DNA of 64,000 nt from Kiritimatiellia bacterium (GTDB lineage: Bacteria > Verrucomicrobiota > Kiritimatiellia > RFP12 > UBA1067), in NCBI GenBank assembly GCA_035449085.1, contig DAOTKE010000001.1:1232-65231 (forward strand), given 5' to 3'. Below are positions 56,446 to 64,000 of this stretch, piece by piece. How positions within the stretch are numbered: position 1 is the first letter of the stretch; every line of letters begins with the position of its first letter. The notes beneath the pieces were generated by a model. That model was not told where the DNA came from, ran no database searches, and saw only the letters and a program-made list of their open reading frames with translations. The position numbers and the translations under genes are program-made.

Positions 56446-59228
56446 ACGTCGATTGTAAGCCCAGCCTGCGTCTGGTGGGGCCTGAAGGTTCATGCGCGGT
56501 TTCGTCGGTGACCAACGGAACCAGCGGGCAAATGCTCGCGCATTCGCGTCCTACGAACATAAGATTCGCGTTTCAGCCTCCCTCTGACCCAAGCTTGACA
56601 CTGCGTGTTGCGGAAATTACCCTGACGTACAAGGGAGTGCCCATCCCGCATCAGGGTGACGTGGGTGTGTCCTCCTCCTATGGTTCCAATAATGGCGCCA
56701 AAGTGATAGATGGGCGCGCCGATACCTTCTGGCAGGCTGCCGATACTGGGGTTCAGGCAGCGACCCTATACGAGTTGAATTTTTATCCTGTGGATGGTTA
56801 CAGAATCACGCCGACCAAGGTGGCCGACGGTCAGGATTTCAACCCAACGGGATGGGACGTCTATGTCTATCGTGCGCAGGAAGTCGGCTGGGTGAGGGTG
56901 GACTCGCAGCGCGATGTGGTCTGGCCAAGGGCGACGGTTGAAGGTAAAGATTCCCACGCCACAACCAATTTCTTCTTCTCTCGGGAACTGATGCCGGGGA
57001 GTGTGTTCGGCCCGGAAACAGATTTGGCGGTTCTCGGTACCGGGGCGCAATCTTTGCGTGTGACGACGGCCGAACCGTTGGTCGTAGGCCATCTCACGGC
57101 CAAAGGGAGCGTATCGCTTGAAAATGGCAGTACGCTTTCCGTGAAGTCTCTGAAGGATTTTAGCGGCCAGTTTGTGACAACTGCGGATGCGGGGTATCTC
57201 AAGCAGGCGAAGGTCGCGATCCGTGCCGAAGGGGGCGAGGAACAGGCCGTGCCGGTCACAGCCATCGCCACTAACCTCGCGGTCGTCAATGGCGGCACGG
57301 CGCCGGTCTCGCTGCTCCTGAACGATGGGGACCGCCAGTTCGGCCGTCTCGCAGACGGCGATTTCGGGGGCAAGCTCGGTGTCGTGAAACGCGGCTCGGG
57401 GACGTCGTGTCTGGCAACGGAAGACGCCGGCTACACGGGGCCGACGCGCGTCGAGGAAGGTACGCTCATGGTCGTTGGCGGGGGCTTGTCGGTCGGCACC
57501 GTCACGGCCAAGTACATACGGGTACGCCCGTTGGCGACTTATGGCACTTTGACGAGAGGGAGTGATTTTGTCGATCAGTACGGATTCAACTGGGCGATCG
57601 GCTATTTCCAGCTTTTGGATGAGGGCGGGAACCAGGTGAACATCTCTGCCGCCAGTGTGAGCGCGCCTTATGGGTTTATTAATAACGACAGTATAGCTGC
57701 CATGTGCGGTGATACAACCAAACGGTGCCTCATTAAAAACGGGGGAGATGTTGCGTCTGCTTTGCATCCCGTGACCATCTACTTGAGCACGGGGATCACC
57801 TTTGCCGGATATCTGTGGTGCCCGGATCTGAATAGCCCCAGCGCGGTGGAGACGCGCAACCCGGTGGAACTGGAGATCGCGGTTTCCGATGACAATGAGA
57901 ATTGGACGGTGGTCGACGTGTCATACTTCCCGCACTCCGGCGGCGATTGGCATACGGTCGAAAAATCGATCGTTCGTGGCCCCGCTGCGCTTTCGGGCTT
58001 GCGTCCCGCACGGGCTGGCTCCATTCTCAAAACGCTTCCTCAGTCGCTTCTGGCCGATCCGCCCAATCCCCGCCAGACGTTTGCCAAGCTGAAGTCAAAG
58101 ATCTTCCAGTTCGAAGTCTTTGAGACGAACAACCCGGAAGCGAGCGAAGATAGCTATGGATGGCACATTGCGGAGCTGTCGCTATACAGGGATGGCCAGA
58201 GAATGGAGTGGCCGGCGGGAACGACTATTACCTGCGCCGGCGCGACGGTGAATGTGAACAACAATTCAAGGCTGACGAACATCTGCAACAATGTGGTCTG
58301 GGAACCCAGTGAGGGTGGGGACACAACAATGCGTGAGGGGTGCTTCGTTCAGGGCTATCCCAGCTATGTGACCATCACCACGCCGGAGGAGATCGCGTTC
58401 GACGCCTATTCGTTCCATTCGTCGGCCAATACAGTATTTTGCAGGGCCCGTATCCCCAGTTGCTGGCGTCTGCGGATCAGGAGCTCTCCGTCTGCCGACT
58501 GGTACATTGCCGATGCGCATACGGATTTCCGTGAAGGCAAGGAATATCCTGTCATCACCAAAGCCTATCAGGAAATCGGCCCGTTCTATGTCGGGGATAA
58601 ATTCCCGCTACTGGACATGGGGGCCTGCAATGTGTTGGGCGACGAGTCTCCGGTCACCATCGCCGCTGGTGCGACTTTGAAGATTGCCTCCGCTTATGAA
58701 AAGATGGGGCCGATCTCGGGTGCCGGAACGCTCGTGCTGGATTGGGCTACGACCGCCGAGATCAATGCCTGCGCTCCCGCGACTTTCTCGGGAAAGGTCG
58801 AGCACTACGGCAGGAAGGGCACCTTGGCCGTGACGGGGGCCGCTGTCCAAACCTTTGACAATGTCGACCTCTCGGGTGTGGCGACGCTCGAGCTGAATGG
58901 CGGTGCGCTCGTGGGGACGGCTTCCGCCGGTGGCGACCTCGCCGTACAGTTCAATGGCGGCGCGTATAACGGCACGATAACGGTGCCTGGTGCGCTGTCG
59001 GTGACTGGCACGATGAAGATTGCCGTACCGGAGAATGTGGTGAGTGGATATCGCCGCACGCTCTTCACTTACGAGTCGATAGACGATGCTTCGAAGGAAA
59101 TCCTGCGGTCGGCATCAGCCGATAATCCCGAATCGCTTCCCCAAGGCTTCAGGATGCTTGTGACGGCCAAAGAGACCGAATGCACCGTCTCCATCGCCGC
59201 TCTGGGCACGCTCGTCATCTTCCGCTAG
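56403..59228 (+). CDS. Giant surface protein 3 main body: F5/8 type C (discoidin) domains plus PATR beta-strand repeats; lacks its own signal peptide
   Basis: 941 aa. Discoidin-like segments (..NPVELEIAVSDDNENWTVVD.., ..GWHIAELSLYRDGQRMEW..). PATR modules (VKRGSGTSCLATEDAGYTGPTRVEEGTLMV.., ISGAGTLVLDW..). Confidence 0.7.
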   Translation: MLLYGSIRENPGRIDVDCKPSLRLVGPEGSCAVSSVTNGTSGQMLAHSRPTNIRFAFQPPSDPSLTLRVAEITLTYKGVPIPHQGDVGVSSSYGSNNGAKVIDGRADTFWQAADTGVQAATLYELNFYPVDGYRITPTKVADGQDFNPTGWDVYVYRAQEVGWVRVDSQRDVVWPRATVEGKDSHATTNFFFSRELMPGSVFGPETDLAVLGTGAQSLRVTTAEPLVVGHLTAKGSVSLENGSTLSVKSLKDFSGQFVTTADAGYLKQAKVAIRAEGGEEQAVPVTAIATNLAVVNGGTAPVSLLLNDGDRQFGRLADGDFGGKLGVVKRGSGTSCLATEDAGYTGPTRVEEGTLMVVGGGLSVGTVTAKYIRVRPLATYGTLTRGSDFVDQYGFNWAIGYFQLLDEGGNQVNISAASVSAPYGFINNDSIAAMCGDTTKRCLIKNGGDVASALHPVTIYLSTGITFAGYLWCPDLNSPSAVETRNPVELEIAVSDDNENWTVVDVSYFPHSGGDWHTVEKSIVRGPAALSGLRPARAGSILKTLPQSLLADPPNPRQTFAKLKSKIFQFEVFETNNPEASEDSYGWHIAELSLYRDGQRMEWPAGTTITCAGATVNVNNNSRLTNICNNVVWEPSEGGDTTMREGCFVQGYPSYVTITTPEEIAFDAYSFHSSANTVFCRARIPSCWRLRIRSSPSADWYIADAHTDFREGKEYPVITKAYQEIGPFYVGDKFPLLDMGACNVLGDESPVTIAAGATLKIASAYEKMGPISGAGTLVLDWATTAEINACAPATFSGKVEHYGRKGTLAVTGAAVQTFDNVDLSGVATLELNGGALVGTASAGGDLAVQFNGGAYNGTITVPGALSVTGTMKIAVPENVVSGYRRTLFTYESIDDASKEILRSASADNPESLPQGFRMLVTAKETECTVSIAALGTLVIFR

Positions 59229-59336
59229 AGCTTGACCCCTGCCGATCCCTCTCCCCAAAGAGTCCCCACTTGCGGCTCGATCCCTTTCGATCTGATTCGG
59301 CCTTCGACGTTCTGCGCCGAGATCAGGGATTGATCG

Positions 59337-59365
59337 TTCACTCCGGGGGGCTGATCTGCTACAAT
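59337..59365 (+). promoter_or_regulatory. Candidate ileS promoter (TTCACT-17-TACAAT)
   Basis: -10 TACAAT at 59360-59365 is 29 nt before ATG 59394. Confidence 0.3.
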
Positions 59366-59393
59366 CGCGGGCATTTACGGAGAAAGGCGCATC

Positions 59394-62300
59394 ATGTTTC
59401 AACCGGTTTCCAACAAGTCAGATTTTCCCGCGATGGAGCGCGAGATCCTCGCGTTTTGGGAGGCGAACGGCACATTTAAGAAGAGTCTTGCCAAGAACCG
59501 CGGGAAGGACGATTACGTGTTTTATGACGGGCCGCCCTTCGCGACTGGCCTGCCGCATTATGGGCATCTGCTGGCGGGCACCATCAAAGATATCGTGCCG
59601 CGCTACCAGACGATGCGCGGCCACCATGTGGAGCGGCGCTTCGGCTGGGATTGCCACGGGCTGCCGATCGAGGCGCTGGCCCAGGAGGCGCTGGGGGTCA
59701 GCGGTGCGCATGAGATCCGCCAACTCGGCGTGGCCAAGTTTAACGAGCAGTGCCGCTCGATGGTGCTCACCTACGTCAACGAGTGGCGCAAGACAGTCAC
59801 GCGCATGGGACGCTGGGTGGATTTCGATAACGACTACAAGACCATGGACCCCTCGTTCATGGAGAGCATCTGGTGGGTCTTCAAACAACTGTGGGATCAA
59901 GGCCGCGTCTACAAGTCCTACCGCATCATGCCCTACAGTTGGAAGCTCAGCACCCCGCTCAGCAATTTCGAGGCGGGCAGCAACTACAAGGATGTGCAGG
60001 ATCCCGCGATCACGGTCCGCGCCAAGGTGCTGACCGGCGCCGATCCGGCCTGGGGCGAAACCAGTCTGCTGATCTGGACCACCACGCCGTGGACATTGCC
60101 CGAAAACCTGGCGATCTGCGCCGGCCCGGACATCGATTACGTGGCGGTGCGCGATGTCGCCGGCGGCATGTGTTTTGTGATGGCCGAGGCGCGCCTCTCC
60201 GCCTACTACAAGAAGGCGGAGGAGTATCAGGTGCTGGCGCGGCTCAAGGGGAGCGGCCTGAAGGGCTGGACCTACGAGCCGCTCTTCCCGTATTTTTCGG
60301 AATGTGCGTCCGAAGGGGCCTTCCGTGTGCTCAATGACGGCTTTGTCAGCACCGAGGACGGCACCGGCTTGGTCCACATTGCGCCGGCCTACGGCGAGGA
60401 CGACTTCCGCGTCTGCCAAGAGGCGGGCATCACGGTCATCGCCGACCCGCTCGATGCCTCCTGTAATTTTACCGACAAGTTGCCTGAATATCAGGGCCGC
60501 TTCTGCAAGGATTGCGACAAGGATCTGATCAAACGCCTGAAACAAGAAGGCAAGCTGATTCATCAGACCACCATCGTGCACAGCTATCCGTTCTGCGACC
60601 GCACGGATACACCGCTGATCTATCGCGCGATCGAAGCGTGGTACGTCCGTGTCGAGGATCTGCACGAGCGGCTCACGCGCAACAACAGCACGGTGCACTG
60701 GATGCCGGATTATGTCGGCGACAAGCGGTTCGGCAATTGGCTGAACGAGGCGCGCGACTGGAACATCAGCCGCAACCGCTTCTGGGGGTCGTGTATCCCG
60801 GTCTGGATCAACGAGCAGGATCCGTCAGACATGATCTGCGTGGGTTCTGTCGCCGAGCTGGAGGCGCTGTCCGGGCAGCGCGTGACTGATCTGCATAAGC
60901 ACTTCGTGGACGAGGTGGTGATCCGTCGCGACGGCAAAACCTACCGCCGCACACCTGAGGTGCTGGACTGCTGGTTCGAGTCGGGATCCATGCCGTACGC
61001 GCAGCAGCACTACCCCTTTGGGAAGTTAGGAGTGAGGAGTGAGGAGTCAGGAGTTAAGGAGGAGGGAGAAGGGAAGCAGCAGGAGATCTCCAAGTTTTTC
61101 CCGGCGGACTTCATTGCGGAGGGGTTGGATCAGACGCGTGGCTGGTTCTACACGCTGATGGTGCTGGGCACCTGTCTCTTCGACCGCTCGCCGTTCAAGA
61201 ATGTGGTGGTGAATGGTCTGGTGCTGGCCGAGGACGGCAAGAAGATGTCCAAGCGCCTGAAGAACTATCCGGATCCCACGCATATTCTCGATGTTTACGG
61301 AGCGGACGCGCTACGCCTCTACATGATCTATTCGCCGGTGGTGCGCGCCGAAAACCTGCGCTTTTCCGAAAACGGCGTGAAGCAGATTCTGCGCGACCTG
61401 CTGATCCCCTGGTGGAACGCCTACAGCTTTTTTGTGACCTACGCCAATGTGGACGGCTTCCACGACGAGGAGCTGGTGACGCCGTCGAGCCCGAATGTGC
61501 TCGACCGCTGGATCGTCAGCTCGCTGGAGACGCTGGTGCAGGACGTGACCGACGCGATGGACAACTATGACCTGCAGCGCTCGGTGCGTCCCTTTGTGAG
61601 TTTTGTGGAGGATCTGACCAACTGGTACATCCGCCGCAGCCGCCGGCGTTTCTGGAAATCGCAGAATGACGATGACAAGACGCACGCCTACCGCACGCTG
61701 CGGTATGTGCTGGTGCAGCTCTGCAAAGTGGCCGCGCCCTTCACGCCGTTCATCAGCGAGGCTATCTACCGTAACCTCAAAGGCGCGTCGATGCCGGAAT
61801 CGGTGCATCTGTGCGACTTCCCGACCGCCAACGCGTCGGCGCGTGACGCGGCGCTCGAGCGCAGCATGGCGCTGGTGCAGACCGTGGTGAAGCTCGGTCG
61901 CCAGCTCCGCACAGAGAACGACCTCAAGGTGCGTCAGCCGCTGGCGGTGCTCCACATCGTGTCGGCCAATCCCGAGATCCGCACGATGCTGGAAGGCTTC
62001 GAGGATCTGATCACGGACGAGCTCAACATCAAGACGGTCGCGTTCGGCAGCGATGAAACAGCCATGGCCGACGTGTCGGTCAAAGCCGATTTCCGCAAGC
62101 TCGGCCCGAAGTTCGGCCCGGCCATGAAGACGGTGGCGGCGGAAATCGCGCGCCTCTCATCGGCGCGGGCGGCGGCTCTGGCCGCGAATCGTCCGGTGGC
62201 CATCGAGGTGGACGGCAAGCCCGTCGAACTGAGCGCCGACGATGTGGTCGTGCAGCGCACGCCCAAGGCCGGCATGGTGGTGGCGTCCGAGGGCGATGTG

Positions 62301-62612
62301 ATCGTGGGCATCGAGACCGCGCTGACGCCGGCGCTCGTGCAGGAGGGCTTGGCACGCGAATTTGTCAGCCGTGTGCAGAACCTGCGCAAAGAGGCGGACT
62401 TCGAGGTGACGCAACGCATCGCGGTGACGGTCGCGTGCGACGATGAGGTCCGCGCAGCCATTGACGCCTTTGCCGATTATGCCAAGGCCGAGACGCTGTG
62501 CGAGTGCTTGACCTTCGGTACTGTCGAGGGTGAAGCCTGCGATCTCAACGGCCGTGCTGTACGGATTGCGGTGGAGGCGATCGAACAAAGCCCGGGCGGA
62601 GTGAGTTTTTAG
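59394..62612 (+). CDS. ileS: Isoleucine--tRNA ligase, type 2 (long eukaryote/archaeal-like form)
   Basis: 1072 aa. HIGH-region PHYGH, KMSKRL (KMSKS), FPADFIAEGLDQTRGWFYT, CP1 editing domain. Confidence 0.95.
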   Translation: MFQPVSNKSDFPAMEREILAFWEANGTFKKSLAKNRGKDDYVFYDGPPFATGLPHYGHLLAGTIKDIVPRYQTMRGHHVERRFGWDCHGLPIEALAQEALGVSGAHEIRQLGVAKFNEQCRSMVLTYVNEWRKTVTRMGRWVDFDNDYKTMDPSFMESIWWVFKQLWDQGRVYKSYRIMPYSWKLSTPLSNFEAGSNYKDVQDPAITVRAKVLTGADPAWGETSLLIWTTTPWTLPENLAICAGPDIDYVAVRDVAGGMCFVMAEARLSAYYKKAEEYQVLARLKGSGLKGWTYEPLFPYFSECASEGAFRVLNDGFVSTEDGTGLVHIAPAYGEDDFRVCQEAGITVIADPLDASCNFTDKLPEYQGRFCKDCDKDLIKRLKQEGKLIHQTTIVHSYPFCDRTDTPLIYRAIEAWYVRVEDLHERLTRNNSTVHWMPDYVGDKRFGNWLNEARDWNISRNRFWGSCIPVWINEQDPSDMICVGSVAELEALSGQRVTDLHKHFVDEVVIRRDGKTYRRTPEVLDCWFESGSMPYAQQHYPFGKLGVRSEESGVKEEGEGKQQEISKFFPADFIAEGLDQTRGWFYTLMVLGTCLFDRSPFKNVVVNGLVLAEDGKKMSKRLKNYPDPTHILDVYGADALRLYMIYSPVVRAENLRFSENGVKQILRDLLIPWWNAYSFFVTYANVDGFHDEELVTPSSPNVLDRWIVSSLETLVQDVTDAMDNYDLQRSVRPFVSFVEDLTNWYIRRSRRRFWKSQNDDDKTHAYRTLRYVLVQLCKVAAPFTPFISEAIYRNLKGASMPESVHLCDFPTANASARDAALERSMALVQTVVKLGRQLRTENDLKVRQPLAVLHIVSANPEIRTMLEGFEDLITDELNIKTVAFGSDETAMADVSVKADFRKLGPKFGPAMKTVAAEIARLSSARAAALAANRPVAIEVDGKPVELSADDVVVQRTPKAGMVVASEGDVIVGIETALTPALVQEGLAREFVSRVQNLRKEADFEVTQRIAVTVACDDEVRAAIDAFADYAKAETLCECLTFGTVEGEACDLNGRAVRIAVEAIEQSPGGVSF
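61028..61076 (+). repeat. In-frame heptanucleotide array (AGGAGTN)x4-AAGGAGG-AGGGAGA-AGGGAAG inside ileS
   Basis: Encodes the insert ..GKLGVRSEESGVKEEGEGKQQE.. between HYPFG and FPADFI. Purine-rich heptamers resemble the AGGAAGG units of the intergenic repeat copy 2. Confidence 0.75.
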
Positions 62613-62627
62613 CCAGGATTACAGGAT

Positions 62628-63992
62628 TTACTGGATTATTTGGAGCGAAGCGCAGAGTGCGCATGCGTCGCATCCAGGCTTGGCGGAGAGACAGAAGTCG
62701 AGGTGGATCTGCAGCAGACCTTGCTGCAAGAGTCCGTTGTCGGCGTAAAGCGCGGGATTGTGGTCGCGTCCGAACAGATGCAGGGCGGTCAGGCGCATGG
62801 GTGCCGAAAGATCTTCGGGCGGCAGGTGGTCGAACACCCCGTCCGGCAGTGACTCCTCGGCTGCCGCAAAGGGCAGCAGCACGTTCGTGACGATGGCGGC
62901 CGCGCGCGAAGCGCCTAGCAGCGCGGTCTCTTTGGACTCCGGTGCCGACGTGAGGGTCAGGCGGCGATTCCAAAAAGGCCAGTCGCAGCGCGCGGTCAGG
63001 CAGTCGAGGGCCTGGGTGTGCCATGCTCTGCCGTCGGCGGCGGGCAGGCGGTCGAGCTCGTGGCGCACGGTGAACATGCCGCTGAAGAGGCTGGCGGCCG
63101 CCGCCAGGCGGCGCACCGGGGCGTTCTGCGGACGCAGATTGTGAAGACGCCACGTCACGTCTTCCGGCAGTTCGGCGGACGCCTCGCGCCACCAGAGATC
63201 CCACAGCGTGCGGATGAAGCGTTGGCTGTCGGGATCGGACGCGTCTTCGGGTTGCGGCAGCAGCCGGGCCGCGCCGAGCAGGCGGGCGTAGGCGGCCTCA
63301 CGTGACACGCCGAGCGAGGCGACGGGCAACAGGCGCGCAAGCACACGGAAGGGCGTCTGGTTGTGCTTGTAGCCCAGCGCGGTCATGACCTCCTCATAAA
63401 AGATTTGATGGCGGTCGCCGGTCTGCGCCAGCCGGGCGCGCAGGCGCACCGCCTTGAGCTGGAGCCGGTAGTGGCCCGCGGCGGCGAGCAGGGCTCGGGC
63501 ACGGTCAGGATCGTTCTTGAGCCGATCTTCGCACGGTCGCGGCGTGGCCGGCAGCGCGGCGTGCGGGTAGGCCTTCAGGTCGATGTCATCCAGCGAGAGG
63601 CCGGGCATGGCAGCGACCGGTTCCGCGAGCGCGAGCGGCAGGACGTGAGCGGGCAGGGAGCGGGGTGGTGGGCCGGCAAACCAGGTGACATGCGCCACGA
63701 CGCGGTCATAGGCGGGGTCGTCCTGATGGCCGTGTGCGTCCCAGTCTGAGGGATGCACATGTACCTCGATGTCACCGCGCAGCCAGCGGTCGCCCGGCTG
63801 GACCAGGAGCGTGGCGTTGAGAAAGTCCGGCCCGGCCTCCAGATTCCACTCGCCCGGGCTGAGGACTCGGACCGTTTCACCGCCAGGCAAAGGGAAGCAA
63901 ACCGGACGGTAGTGCTCGTCATACCAGAGGCACTGCAGGTGGCGCTCGGTCCAGTGGAAGCCGGAACGGTAGGGAACGCCGGCCTCGATCAC
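62628..63992 (-). CDS. DUF2851 family protein
   Basis: 454 aa. GDIEVHVHPSDWDAHGHQDDPAYDRVVAHV matches the DUF2851 core. C-terminal CDACALC. Confidence 0.6.
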   Translation of the reverse strand: MIEAGVPYRSGFHWTERHLQCLWYDEHYRPVCFPLPGGETVRVLSPGEWNLEAGPDFLNATLLVQPGDRWLRGDIEVHVHPSDWDAHGHQDDPAYDRVVAHVTWFAGPPPRSLPAHVLPLALAEPVAAMPGLSLDDIDLKAYPHAALPATPRPCEDRLKNDPDRARALLAAAGHYRLQLKAVRLRARLAQTGDRHQIFYEEVMTALGYKHNQTPFRVLARLLPVASLGVSREAAYARLLGAARLLPQPEDASDPDSQRFIRTLWDLWWREASAELPEDVTWRLHNLRPQNAPVRRLAAAASLFSGMFTVRHELDRLPAADGRAWHTQALDCLTARCDWPFWNRRLTLTSAPESKETALLGASRAAAIVTNVLLPFAAAEESLPDGVFDHLPPEDLSAPMRLTALHLFGRDHNPALYADNGLLQQGLLQIHLDFCLSAKPGCDACALCASLQIIQ

Positions 63993-64000
63993 AGCGGACG

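Overview
High-GC (~65%) bacterial chromosomal window, gene-dense on both strands. Gene content (three giant PATR beta-strand-repeat surface proteins, a Tat-exported sugar-phosphate isomerase, a PPi-type phosphofructokinase, a bifurcating [FeFe]-hydrogenase, NirJ/Ahb-like radical SAM enzymes) suggests an anaerobic member of the PVC superphylum (Verrucomicrobia/Kiritimatiellae/Lentisphaerae). This is a guess from gene content only. No rRNA, CRISPR array, transposase or integrase was seen.

Features in order:
- 1..1888 (-): secreted GH5-like glycoside hydrolase, 3' end off-window.
- 1952..2845 (-): Tat-exported sugar-phosphate isomerase.
- 2929..3002 (-): tRNA-Gly(CCC).
- 3290..3318 (+): near-consensus sigma70 promoter driving a ~4 kb giant PATR surface-protein gene (3458..7512) that is split by an apparent frameshift.
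- 7914..18207 (+): truncated, atypical dcw cluster mraZ-rsmH-ftsL-ftsI-murE-murF-murD-[LysM lipoprotein]-ftsW. No mraY, no murG/murC/ftsQAZ.
- 18204..19433: the dcw cluster ends in a Phd/VapC toxin-antitoxin pair bracketed by two copies of a ~150 bp repeat element.
- 19463..20945: a truncated minus-strand ORF and a six-hairpin glycosidase-like gene.
- 20954..30826 (-): a 10-gene operon: PPi-PFK, hypothetical, phosphomannomutase, GldA/F/G-like ABC system, DUF4340, MacB-like ABC pair.
- 30869..35809: DUF721/DciA-like protein (+), enolase-superfamily dehydratase (-), then a second giant PATR protein (+).
- 35810..36202: repeat-rich convergent intergenic region with a perfect 15-bp hairpin.
- 36203..41229 (-): [FeFe]-hydrogenase operon: NuoE-like, HATPase_c protein, ferredoxin, NuoF-like, HydA.
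- 41381..48178 (-): translationally coupled chain SH3-like protein, holA, 817-aa secreted protein, two radical SAM/SPASM enzymes.
- 48311..48466 (-): small basic protein with a Rho-independent terminator.
- 48647..54488 (+): adjacent GT-C glycosyltransferases (DUF2723/TMEM260-like with TPRs, then PMT_2-like TIGR03663).
- 54571..55803 (+): DAACS symporter.
- 56011..59228 (+): third giant PATR/discoidin surface protein, again frameshifted.
- 59394..62612 (+): type-2 isoleucyl-tRNA synthetase.
- 62628..63992 (-): DUF2851 protein.

The most unusual signals are (1) a family of heptanucleotide tandem-repeat arrays that occurs both in the intergenic repeat elements and as in-frame insertions inside ileS and the TIGR03663 gene; (2) the repeat-flanked TA cassette that terminates the dcw cluster; and (3) two of three giant surface-protein genes carrying frameshifts.
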